This document shows positions 10,333-33,576 of a stretch of 64,000 bases of DNA, one piece after another. Numbering within the stretch: position 1 is the first letter of the stretch; every line of letters starts with the position of its first letter. Location of the stretch: positions 45,948,401 through 46,012,400 of the forward strand of contig CM120641.1 in NCBI GenBank assembly GCA_051362555.1, given 5' to 3'. The translations under genes and the position numbers were made by a program. This DNA comes from Lingula anatina. Taxonomy: Eukaryota > Animalia > Brachiopoda. The notes beneath the pieces were generated by a model. It worked only from the letters and a program-made list of their open reading frames with translations. It ran no database searches and had not been told where the DNA came from.

Positions 10333-13300
10333 CCACATGCAGAAGAATCACAGTTTTTTTATTAAGCACATATCAATACAGCATACCTTATTATTACAAC
10401 CAATGACCACCCATCCCCCATCAAACAACGTGCTGGTATGTCTATCTCTATCTGACCCAAACACCTCATCTAAGCTATTAATTACACCTCTAACGCCTCA
10501 TTAATATAAAACAACACGCCTGGTGAGATAGAGATCTGATAGGAGACTGTATCCCATCTCTCAGTGGGACAGGCGGGGGTGATGTGTGAGTAAAAGACAG
10601 CCCATGCTGCCAGCTGTCCCCGTCGTTAAGACAATTGATTTCAGATCAAGGTGCTCTGCTGGGAAATCAGCACAAACTAATGAGCTTCTAATTACAGCAG
10701 TTTTTCACCAGAGTACAATTTAATCAATTAGCCTCTGCTCCGCCCTCACATCCAAACAAGCAGGTTGATTTCCAATTGTTAACTTGCATTTTTCCTTTTT
10801 CCTCTCTCTCTATCAAGTATGGCAAGACAGTCCTGTACATCAAAGTGTAATGTCTGTTACACTTTCAAAACTGCTGACAAATGTTTATTTTATTTCATTA
10901 ACATTGTTGCCCCTGGTGGACAACCAAAAACTACTGAAAAGTGCCCTGCTCTGAGCAATCTATTCTAGGGAGTCACTCGTAAGTTTTACTTGTTCTCTCT
11001 CTCTCTCTCTCTCTCTCCCTCTCTCTCTCAGGTGTAGCAATATAGTGACATAGATGTCATGGGTCAAACATGTTAAAAAACTTTCCATTATTTCTTTAGG
11101 ACACTTAAAATCCAATAGCACTCATCAACCAAGCAAATACCACAGAGTGGAAGAGAAAGTGCCTTTCTATATAACACTGTGTTATTCATAGATGTTAGAA
11201 AGCCTATAATTGTGAAGAAGAATTCTCTGCTTAATAAATTATTATTATTATTATATAATAAAGATCACTGTTATCTACAAGAGTCAAATTGTTCAACAGC
11301 CTCATTCTTCAACACTTGATTATTCCTTTTTTAAAAATAATTTCCAGGGTTGTGGTGCATCTGCCCAGATTTGGTAAACAACCTCAGTTTCTCATTATAA
11401 TTCAACCAGAACATAAAACATCATACAATAATCATGACAATAGGCATCCTGATGAAAAGCACACACAATGTCTAACAAATACAGAGGATTACAAACGTAC
11501 ATCTTTTATAAAGAATATAATCCTCATCATAATTTTTGCATGTCTCATCCCCTGGGTATCACATAATCCCATTGTAAATGCTAATAACCCAAATATTCAA
11601 TTAGGACAGATAATATCCCATCTATCAGACACAAAAGGTCTTACTTTCCGATGCACTCAATAAGTGCTTAAAAGATAACATAACAATTAGATGCTAAATT
11701 GTCGCATTGATTCATGCCTCTTTGGTTTTTTGTCAGACTTTTTGCCTCCAGCTTTGGCGCCACATGTTCACCTGTTTATCCTAAAACATTAATTGATATC
11801 ATAATTCACGATTCAGCGACTAAGCTTGTAATTTTTTGTAATGGTAATCTTATAAAGTGTGGGATGCTCAATTTCATTAAGTCAATTGCTTTTAGCCTAT
11901 TTAGTTTGAAATCCATGTTCTTTTAATATGTAAACATATCCAGTTAGGGTCTAATTGAATGTATTCTTCAACAGTTATAATATATTTTCTATCAAATTAT
12001 GCACTTAAGCACTTGTGGTCTTTTTTTCTGATAACATAAATAGTCTTCTTTTTATCAAAAAAGGATTTTTTTCCCCTGGAATTGAATTGATAACACAGTA
12101 TTATAAAAACTGGAAATTTTCTTTGTTCCCCCTCTTTTATTTATTTTATTTTTTTTTTTTTTAGCAGCACAGCAAATGATGTGTTCTAGTATCCTCAGTA
12201 ACCAATTGTTCAAAAACAAAATCACAATAATGTCACAAAAAGCTATGTTCAAGGAACAATAATTCTTGTCATAAAATCAGGCGTGAAGTGTCAACTCGTC
12301 GGTAAAATGACTTGAAAAACACGGCCTTCTCTCTCCTCCTTCAATGCTTCATTTGAAAATACGAATTTTCACAAATGATTCTTCGTTTATTAAATATACG
12401 AAGATATGAAAAAAGACTGCCTTGAAAACAAGGAACTCCTATAAAGACCCATTTGAAAATATTCTTGGGTTAAAAACAGATTTAAAAAAATTAAAGCATA
12501 CAAATTTTCAAAGCAACACCACACCACAATCTTATTTTTCCTCTAGATGGCAAAGTGTCAATAGCCCACACCCAGCCTGGGGGTCACTGTTTACAAATTG
12601 CTCACCAAGTGCAAAGACATTAGTATTTTCAGGTACAAAATCACAATTTGCACACCACTACACTGAACATTCAAACCTATTTACAGAACAAGTCAAGTAA
12701 AGACACCCTGTTGTTTTTGAAATTTCCCTTCTACAACAAAGCTAATGTTGAAAAAATTTGTCTCAATTTTCATTTGTTGACATTTTTTTCATGTAATGTG
12801 TGCTTTTCATGTCTCACCCAAAACAGAATTGAATCAAATCATTTTACTGGAGTAGAAATTGTGAAAAAGTTTAAAATATGGTTCTTACCAAAAATTCTCT
12901 GCCCCACTGAAAAGGACAGCTAAAATGATTTGTAATTTTTTTTTTTTACTTTCATTACAAATATCATAAGAATAAAAAGTGTGGGAGGGGGGAGAAGAGA
13001 TGTCAAAGGTCCTTATTGACAGTGTTTACATCAATCTATATCTATTATGACAACAGAGAAATAGAAATAGAATATGCCTATCTTTTTATCACATTAAAAC
13101 AAAGAAGTTCTACACTAAAATGTTATTGAATTTTCACTGATGCTCTATGATAAACAGACACCAAGCTGCCTCGATTGTTATCTTAGATGAAAAACGCTGC
13201 ATGTTCAAGTTCTCCTTCATGCACTTGTTGCAGGATTTCAGCATATTTACAATCTTGGGTGACTTGTGAGTATGCCTGCACACTCTTTGTAAGAATGGAA

Positions 13301-16300
13301 AAGTCAGACAGAGAGTATAAACTTAAGCTGCTGCCCTGAATGTATAACACCCTTAATCTTGTGGAAAATCTCAGAAACAAGCGTATTCATTACGTTTTTG
13401 AAAACTTCAAAGCTGGAGTATAATGCACTTGGTCTTTTGTTAAAACTGAGCGCACTCCCCTCAGTCATAATATTATATTTTCCATGGAGTAAGGTCAAGA
13501 GGGGGCCAAAATTAGAGTCATTGTGTATACAAGAGTGACACCTATTTTGCAAGTGAGTCAACTCCACCCTATTCCCCCCCCCCCCCCCCCCCCCACCCAA
13601 AAAAAGACCTTAAGAGTAAGGAGCACATAGTTGGCACCAACATATTAAACAACTCTTTATCAGGAATATGGTATGGACCTTTTTGATCCTTTTTTTTTAC
13701 AAAGCATCACCTACATTGCATAGTTATAATAAAATAAAAGGACTTTAATTTACCACTAGCTGCTGAGTAATTAACTATCACTTTTCTAACAGATTTAATG
13801 GCCTGGCTAGTAACTCTATCATTCAACCAGGAATTGTATTCAAACAGCTATTCACACTGGGTTGTTGGAAAACTGAATGAAATTCTAATGCAGCATATAA
13901 TGAGGAATTCATTCATTTTGAGTCAACTCAGGTATTTTCATACATACAATTTTTTTCTGCAAAAAGATTTTGGTGAATGTTGTACAGAAAAACAACTAAA
14001 CCACACAATGAAAGCCATTTTGTACAAGTTCATAAATGATAAAAGAGACTTTTCTTGCTTTCTTTACAGTTGTGTGAACCGTAAGGCTAAAAAGAAAGAA
14101 GTATGACCTTTAGCCCCAAATCAATTATTGAACAGAACACGGTGAATTAAAACAGACCTTATCTACACATGACTGACCCATACAGGTTAAAAATTAATAA
14201 TTGACATGAGATGGTTGGTAATGAAATGTCGAGAACTTGTATCTTATTGCGAAATGGTGTGATGTCAGGTGAGCGCACCAAGCCAATGACAGGCTCGTGT
14301 TTGCGCTAAGAAAACAGAAATTCACTGGAATTAACTTGACAAGACAGAAACCAGCATTTAATTTGTGTTGAGTCAAGTGCAGGTCAGTTCAATAATAGTG
14401 TTTTGTTTTCATACATTATAAAACTGTCCGTGTTTCTATTCAATTTCAACTTCTTTGTTTGGTCTGTTACCATGCATTTTACTTTTGTTGAACACAAACC
14501 ATGTCCTGAAATAAATAATACTGAAGTGCGTTTTTAATCTTATTCAGTATAATATTGATTCAGTATAATAATGGTTTGTAAAAAGAAAAAGTCAATGTTA
14601 TAATCAAATGACAAAAACTTCCAGACCTAAGTATTGAAGAGAGCAACCAGTCCATGAAGTAGGGCAACATATCACACGAACCATGGAAAATGACAACCTA
14701 TACAGCAGACTGCAGCCAAAAATGATCTAATTTGTAAAAGAAACATTAAAAAAGACAAATGATCCAGCATGAGAAAACCAACAATTCTTCAATTATTCAC
14801 ACCTTTTGTCTGCATAACAGATAATAACTAGGGGAGTATATCAATAATGTAGATATTTTTCAGAAATGATTTGCTGCCCCGTTTCTTCCTTGTCCTGTGG
14901 GGGTTGAACTATAAAGCAGCTATAGATCATACAACCAATCACAGACGCTACTGAAACATTGCTGTGCTGTGTTTCATAAAATACACATAAGTATTCCATC
15001 CCAAATGTATCTGATTGGATTTCTGTCATTAGAGGAACAATTGCACCATGTTATTTCCTTTAAAATTTTCACCATTCTAAAGAGACAAAGAGCTCAGTGA
15101 ATTAAGAAGAAGGAAAACAGCATTAACTTTTCAGATATAAAACTCTAGATAAAATGGGGAAAGTTTTTTTTTTTTTATGAAAATTTTATTCTTGGAAATT
15201 TTTTCCCAATTTATACCTTAAAAACAATAAAAGCCTTTAAATTTAAGTACCTGATGCCAACATATTTTTCTAAAATGTACAGGAAAACATAGCACTCCGA
15301 AGATTGTGGGAGGCATTAAGACTTGCATCATTTAATTTAAAAAAAAGGTATAAAACATGGAATCAAGGTGCGGATGGATCGATCAACTATCTGTAAATAG
15401 GAAAATTTTCCTTTATTTTTTACAAGGAAAAAATCACTTTTGCTGGCAATTCTCAGATAGGATGCTTTAAATGTTCTAGTGCAAAGCATCAGATTATATT
15501 CTAATGGGTGAATGCCCTATTAAAGCATTGGACAATCACCCCAGTTAACGTTCATCTTGGAAAAAAAAAGATACAACAGAAGTTCATTCTTTGTGTTCAA
15601 CACACGGAGTCGATTAAAAAAGGAAAAGAAGTGTCAGGGACCTGGGTTTCAGTTACAGATAATTACAAAAATATACGGAAATATTTTTTTAGCACAATAG
15701 AGACTGGCAGCTGTGCAATTGGAATGAATTGTCAAATTACTGCCACATCCCGGTGTTCTTGGCTGACCTGTCATTATATCAAATGACATGGGAAGAGCGT
15801 CCGTGTGATAGCCTCTTTGTGACAGCCTCCTTGTGACAGGAATCCAAATGTGATTGGAAATCAAACAGACAAACCTGGCCTATTTGGAGCATGACAGGCA
15901 TCTGGTAACAGGAACCAAAAAATGTTACGAGAAATCAAACAAATGAATAAAATCTTAGCCAAGTCGGGGCAATGCTCACAATATTGGATAACTAATATCT
16001 ACTGCACACTATTCACACATTCCTTATAAATTTTCCATGAGATGAAATATCTGATTTACCTAAAAGCAATTACATTTAAAATATTCATTTCAAAAACAAC
16101 ATAATATTTGCATTTCTTGGAAAGGGAAGCACCAAACCAAGTTCTGAAATGGTGTATGCAAACCAAGTTCAGTAATGAAATCTTCCCACACAGGTAATAA
16201 TGCAAATTATTCCATGAAACGGAATTTAATTGCATTTTGTGTACTTTTCTTTGAAGATTCATAACAAATCACTGTACAGATCTTTAAGAAGTAAATAAGT

Positions 16301-17332
16301 TTTTACACTGATGCATCTGTGACGATCTACTATAAAGTTGATTTTTTCCAAAAATCCCTTAAGAAAGCCTAGGGCCAAAAGCTTGGATTAGATATTACAT
16401 TTTTACAGTAGATCTTTATAGATGCATTTGTATAATAACTTGTATACTTTTCTTAAAATGCTTAATTTTAAAAGTCCCCTTCTTGACTTCATTCAAAACA
16501 CTGTATAAAACTGTTCTGCTGAGGACATTTCTTGAAGTGTGATTTCCCATAACATCTGTAGCTATTATGAATTCATGAGCCTCCACGAATTCAGATTTTC
16601 CATTTTTTTTTCTTATGTAATTGTACTTAAATGTTTCAAATATGCTGTTACTGAGTCATTAAAATATACATCCACCACAAAATTTGCCAATATTTTAATA
16701 CAAGAAACTTTGCGATTTTAATAAATGATTGGAAATCTAAATTCATAATTCTGCTAAAGATGGAACACTTACATAAAACAACTCAACACGAAAAAGCTGT
16801 AGAAGTAATGTGAAGTTGTTCTAAAACAACCTTTAAAATTTCCAGTTGTCCAAGCAAAACATTAAAAATCTTTCTTCACAAGCATGACTAATTATACTGA
16901 TCAAAAGCCTTGGACCTGTGGCTAAATTGAAAACTACCCATCAGTACATCCATTCTAAATGCTGACAAATCAGTTGCTTTGAACATCTGTTAACAACAGT
17001 AGCTAGAGACCAGAAAACACTGCCATTTGTCTTCTTATTTAATACGTCTGAAAAATTACCATTTTTTTACATCTCTGATGGTGCTTCCAACAACCACATC
17101 ACTCTTATGGTATGAAAATATTCATCAATGGTCTGCAATACAAAAATGCCAAAGACATGCAATCACCAGGGATTAAAACAACTGAAAGAGTAAATAAATA
17201 AATCATAAAAATTGGTGGCATGGGAACCAATTTTTTCCTTTTAGTAGGGGACTTTTCTGGATGGAATAGGAAAAAAATATAAAACTTTCTTTGAATCCAT
17301 AAAAACTTTGCAAAAAAAAAATAAATAAATAA

Positions 17333-17363
<31 letters not shown>

Positions 17364-20300
17364 AAAATGCAAAACACAACCAAAAGGACTACTTATTGCA
17401 AAAGAACTGTCAGAAATAGGGGAATCTCTGATTAAGCAAGCAGGGACTAAGATTCCCATCGTTTGACTGGACGACTCCACCATCAGGTAGGACGTCAAGT
17501 TACCGGCCAATCAATGCTTGATGAAGGGGACAATACGCCAGTGTCACTCGCGTGATTGATGAGCCTGCAATTACACCTGCTTTAGAGCCACCAACAATAG
17601 AAATCACTTCAACTGATCTATAACTCTGGACTTTGGAGGGAAGGAAAAAAGTGCACACTGCTTAGCTTCACAGCAAGCTCAGAGACCCTTATACTGAACT
17701 AGGACAATGGAGCTACCCAGGGGCCCCTTCAATATTTATCTAGCATTAGCAGCCCCCGCTGTGTACCTCATTTGCCTTGTATTTGGATACTCCCTGCCGA
17801 AGTGGACTGACGGCTGGCTAAGGACCCACTTGGTTCATCCAGCTTTTCCTCCCCTTGATACATGGGGATATAATGAATTCTGCACCACAGGCCATCAAAT
17901 CTCAGTTAATTTTCAAAAAGCCTTTTCTCCTCAATGTTTTTTTTTAAAGAAAACACTGTGGTATACTATATAAAGCAAAAAAAAAGTAATGAAATCATCA
18001 GGTAATGGTAAGCATCTCATCTTGTAAACATCCAGTAATATTTCTTTTTACCATGTACAGTGATCATTACTTGGATGTCACTGACAACTGATTTAACTGG
18101 GCATTAAAACAATGCTGGCAGTGGCATTAAATTAGACCAGGTTTCTTCCAAGACATCAGTAAATCAATCACTGTTCAGGCTGTGCATTTATTCTTATGGA
18201 AAAAGCACTGAAACTGCTGCCTATCCATAAGATGTTACAATCTGAAAAGAAATTCTGCCCCATGGCATAGGTATTGCATTTACTCAGTTTATCATTAAGT
18301 GCAAATGCTTAATTAAAGCATAAAAAAGTTAACTATTAAGTTTATGTATCACAGATTTATAGACATTTTTTTTTTTGTAGTATTGTAAAACATAATTGCT
18401 TACAGAATGTATCTAAATAATTAAAATATTTTATATTAAACCAAAAAGGGAATTTTTTTAAGATTTAAAAATAAGTGACAAAAGTTACAAGAAGATAGTA
18501 TAAATGCAATGGAATATAGTATTTATTGTAAAATTGTGTTTTTGATAATTAGCAATTACTATTTTTTTCAAGGAATGCGTTTAAAACAATTACAAGAAAT
18601 ACAAGGTAACACCTTTGACTCCACCTTATAATGAAAACTACTTTTGCCATAAACTAATGTCCAGAATGATGTGAATGAATACCAGTTCAATATTAACAAA
18701 CATAGTTTTAATTTTGTAAATCCACAATATAAAAGCTCTATTTGGTGGTGGTGGTGGGGGGAGGGGATGACAATTTTGGTTTTGGGGTTTTCTCTTCTAC
18801 CTCAGTGGACTTTTTGTATCATATCAACAGTACATAGAAGCTTGAATAAAGCACTATTATATGGTGCTTGAATTTTTTTCCTAAAATTTGCTAAAACTCA
18901 AGATGATGACTGTATGTCTTCCTAATTGGTGGAGGTCTTAAAGCTCGTTTAAAAAGTGTATAAATGAAATAGTCTACACTCTACAAACAAATAATGTGAT
19001 CTAAACATTTTAGAAGGCGTATACTTAAAGCTCAGTACTTCCATGCGCCAATGGAACAAGCTCCAACACAGTTGTGAATTTTTGTCAGAAACTTGTTAAT
19101 TTTATTCATCTAACATTTACATTACATTTTTAATTTTAGGAAAGCTTAATAACTATTGTTGATTTTACAGCCAAGAAAAACCAAGCTCCTACCTTAAAAG
19201 GAGCATTTTTTACCAACAAATCTTTTCTTGTACCTTGAATGCTTGCTATGGAAAGATGGCTTACAAATCATTTTTTGTTAACTTTTAACCATACCTAAGC
19301 TAACGTCACCTAATCTTACTATCAAGCAATTATCATCATTATCATATTTAAATGTGTCAAATATCATCTCAAATAAGAGTTCATTTTTCAACACCAATGT
19401 AAAAAGAAAAAGGAAAAAATAAAGAAAAAAAAAATCAACCAATGGACGCCCAGATAAAACAACATCACATTGCCGCACAAAAACCAGTCCAGGGTATTTT
19501 GGATTCAATCAATTTGCCTTTTAGCTGCATAACCCAGTGGGGAACATTCCTTTCCAGTTCCAATAACTTGGGTTAGTTTGAACAAACAGCCCATTTTCTG
19601 ACTAATGGGCCTATTTTGTCTTTCTTAATGTGACACTCTCCCGCTGAGCCTCAGGTGCTAGGCCAGGTCACTTCTAAGCGGGCCACCTCTCAATTTTAAT
19701 TCGGCTGAAAAATTACCATCTAGAATAATTGTAGCATAATGCCCCCCCTTTTTTTTCAAATGAAGAAATGTCTATAAGCATGTTGCTCCAACATCTTTGC
19801 TTGGATAAACAGGAGTAGCACATTCTAGAGAAAAAACATTAGAAAATCTACAAACATTTTTTCTTTTAATTTATCTGCAATTCTTAGTCATTCTTTCACT
19901 GGGTTCTTTTCAAATCTGAAAAGTTAAAATTGTATCAAACTAGAGTATTCCTGTAGTTTTGAATTTTTCATGTTTGAAAATGATTTCATTTAGTCCATTA
20001 AAAACAGCCTCTAATTTCAATAGAGAATCCCACCCTCTTGTCTGTTAGATAAAGAAAACCAAGAAATTTACAGTAAAAACACCAATAAATTATTTAATGA
20101 TGGACAATGAAAACAAGCGTGAGAAAACACACCTCATTCATTGTTATCTATTCATCTGTTCTTATTTATTTATTACCCATTAAGTGTATTATACCCTATT
20201 TATTTATTTATTTATTTATAATATCTTTTCCACTGTAATGTAAGTGTTGATGTGAACTACTTCGATCATGGTATCTTTATCAAAGGTCAAGGAAACATTG

Positions 20301-20645
20301 GCGAGTACTTTGATATCGACATCTTAGAGGCAACAACCCGCGACCACTACAGAAATCAATGGGTCAGGTATGTCCTAAGCAGCACGAAATCTCGATATAA
20401 ATCTTAGCAGGTTACACAAGATGGATTCTAAGAAAGAAAAAAGAAGGTGAATGTGGTAAAACCAAAGATTTACTGCTAGAATTGCTTTCTCAAACACTCA
20501 TTCACCAGAAACACACACATTTGTCATTTTCACGAAATAAAAAGGATAAGGAAATTAAAAAAGAAAAAATGCTGTCACTAAGTGCAAACATTTAAAATTG
20601 AGTTTTGTCAATAATAGCGTGAAAAGGATTTTATCTAACAATGTG

Positions 20646-21005
20646 GCTTTTGTTACTGCAGTTAATATTTCATTAAAAATAATATATTCCCCATCAGCTC
20701 AAGTACAAATATAGATGATCTGTAAGTTCAACGATTTATTTGTTATGCTTAGCATGTTGAGGGGATTATATAAAATGTACTGGTCAGGTGTTCTATAAAA
20801 AGACACACAAGGGTAATTCAAAAAGCTTTTGTTATTGCAGTTAATATTTCATTAAAAATAATATATCCCCCATCAACTTAAGTGGGAATGTAGATGAGCT
20901 GTAAGTTTAATGATTTTATTTGTTTAGTTTAGCATGTTGAGGGGATTATATAAAATGTACTGGTCAGGTGTTCTATAAAAAAAATACACAAGGGTAATTC
21001 AAAAA
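20646..21005. repeat. About 180-bp tandem duplication (2 copies)
   Basis: GCTTTTGTTA(C/T)TGCAGTTAATATTTCATTAAAAAT...AGCATGTTGAGGGGATTATATAAAATGTACTGGTCAGGTGTTCTATAAAA...GGGTAATTCAAAA at 20646 and 20825. Confidence 0.95.
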
Positions 21006-22256
21006 CCATCGACATGGTCTAAATCTGTACTTAATTCTTAGCAACACTGGTGAAAAAATCTCTTATGTTTCAAATATCGTGCAAGGAGACATTGTAGGGC
21101 AGGGCAGGGCAGAACCATCGAATACAGCTTTTAGGAACAAATCCAACCCTAAAACATTAAAAAAACATGTCCAAAAGCAATCTATTTACAATAATAAAGT
21201 TCTATTACGAGTCTGTGAGTAGATTACCTTTCTTCATTGTTTTTAAACCCCTACCAGCACAATGCCTAGCATACATTCCAAAAAACCATCAATTACTAGC
21301 CCATACAAAGTAGCCACTTATAAAGAAATACCATTAAGGCAAATGAAATTGTCTAATATACTTCAGTCAATTTTGCTGTTTAAAGTATTCCCCAATTCAT
21401 AGTCTGATAATTTCACCTATATCTGAAAACAAAATGCACTTAAGTATAATATCAAGAAAATAACGCCATCATAAATGATATGATTCATCAAATGATAAAA
21501 TTCATCTCTATGATAAAATGTAATCAGTTAAGAAATGACAATGTTCTAATTTCTTAAGAATTTTTTTTTTTTCATTACATCACAAGCAGGCGGATGAAGA
21601 ATCTTATCCGCCTCACAAACATAACACCTATTGATCAATTCTCACCAACTTATCTTCGATTTTGGTAAACCACTTACTTATGTTGCTAACACAAAAAGCA
21701 TCCCTAAAATCTTCCAAAATGTTCAGCACTAAGCAAGTACCCTGACCTGTGTTAATTACCTGGTGACATCTAGGGTTAAAAAACTTTGAAGCTAGATCAA
21801 CAGTTATTCCAGTCTGCACACGCTTCTGGTGTGTCGACAACTTTACGACTTGTTAATAAGTAACTCCCCTCTAAAATCTCCTTTAACAGTCAATGACAAG
21901 ATAATACCTCACCATAGTAAACTATGATTTCAAACATCTTTTAAACCAATCAAAATAAAGATCAGAAATAAAAATATGACTATTTTCACATTTTTCAATT
22001 GTGGTTTCTCAGAAAATGTTCTCAAATTTCAATTTTGATTTTTTTTTCATTTCTGAGGTCCTTCACACAAAAACAAACAAAAATACTAAAACAACGCAAC
22101 CCTTCTTCTCTGAAAGTGTATAAAAAAAGTAAATTGTGCATTGTTACAGCTAATCAAAATTTCTTAGCTTGGTTTGAAAAGAACTACCAGGTGATGCCTC
22201 AGGCTTCTGAAAACCTCCAGCTTGAACAAAGTCCAAAAAGACTTACCAAATATAAG

Positions 22257-32686
<10,430 letters not shown>

Positions 32687-33251
32687 CTTCTCTCTGATGA
32701 TATAATGAGTCCACTATCTAGAGCTGTAATTTAGAAGACTATGTTGTGGTACATGTTCTTAAAAATTAGTTGTCAGTTTCATAAAACGATTGCAATTGCC
32801 TCCACAAAAGACAAAATATGTTTTAGGAAATGTAAATTTGCAAAGAATAACAGCACTTCCTTCAAATGATCTATTGAAGCCAGCTGGACTGTTAGATTGC
32901 AAATGAGCGGCTGAATTCATTCAAATTAAATTACAAATCATACCCGTTCCCATAAACTTGACATCGTTATTTTCCACTTTTTCTAAAGCAGCCAAAATTG
33001 TACCCAAGGAATAGATATCGTAAAACAGTTATATTTTATTTGAAAGCAACTGCTATATACAGTAATAACACAAAGTTGAAAATCACATGACAGCCAAATG
33101 ATATTGACAAACGTACGTCTTACTATATCAGTTCTTTTCGTCTCTGTAAACAAATAATTTGCCCCCTAAAACACTAATAAAATGCATTTTCTTGTGCAGA
33201 AGTACAAAAATTTCATATTTTGTAATTGTCAAGTTAAATAAAGATGTCTAC

Positions 33252-33576
33252 CTTTGGTTTATTAACAACGTCACACTGCTTTCGTCTTGCAGACACCTTC
33301 TTTTGTGCAGAAGTCTCATTCAAAAATGACCTCCTTCTGACGTCATCCAATCAGATTCCGGTAATCTTTTAGGATGTGGATTTTAGATTTTTAGGGGCAG
33401 GTTAACGTTAATAAGATTGCTAAGATTAACAATAGTAATATTTATTCTTTTTATATCGATTCTGATTTAGATTTTGATGTTAAACGGGTAAAACTTTGCA
33501 AATGACAACACCGGAACATCTCAGCGTGAGGAATTGTGGGAGCGGGCACTTGATCAAGATGGCGTCCGGCAGCGAG
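33252..33576. promoter_or_regulatory. Bidirectional CpG-rich promoter shared by MELK (-) and the uncharacterised (+) gene; includes a probable MELK non-coding first exon
   Basis: CHR element TTTGAA on the minus strand (33319-33324), CRE TGACGTCA (33338-33345), CCAAT (33347-33351), ETS-like CCGGAA near 33511, and YY1-type AAGATGGCG over the (+) ATG at 33559. A minus-strand donor lies at 33250-33251 and an acceptor at 32724-32725, just upstream of the MELK ATG. Confidence 0.7.

Noticed and set aside
11289-14106. ORFs of 60-124 aa in the gene-free region
   Set aside because: AT-rich, random-looking translations with no domain motifs or consistent splice chains.
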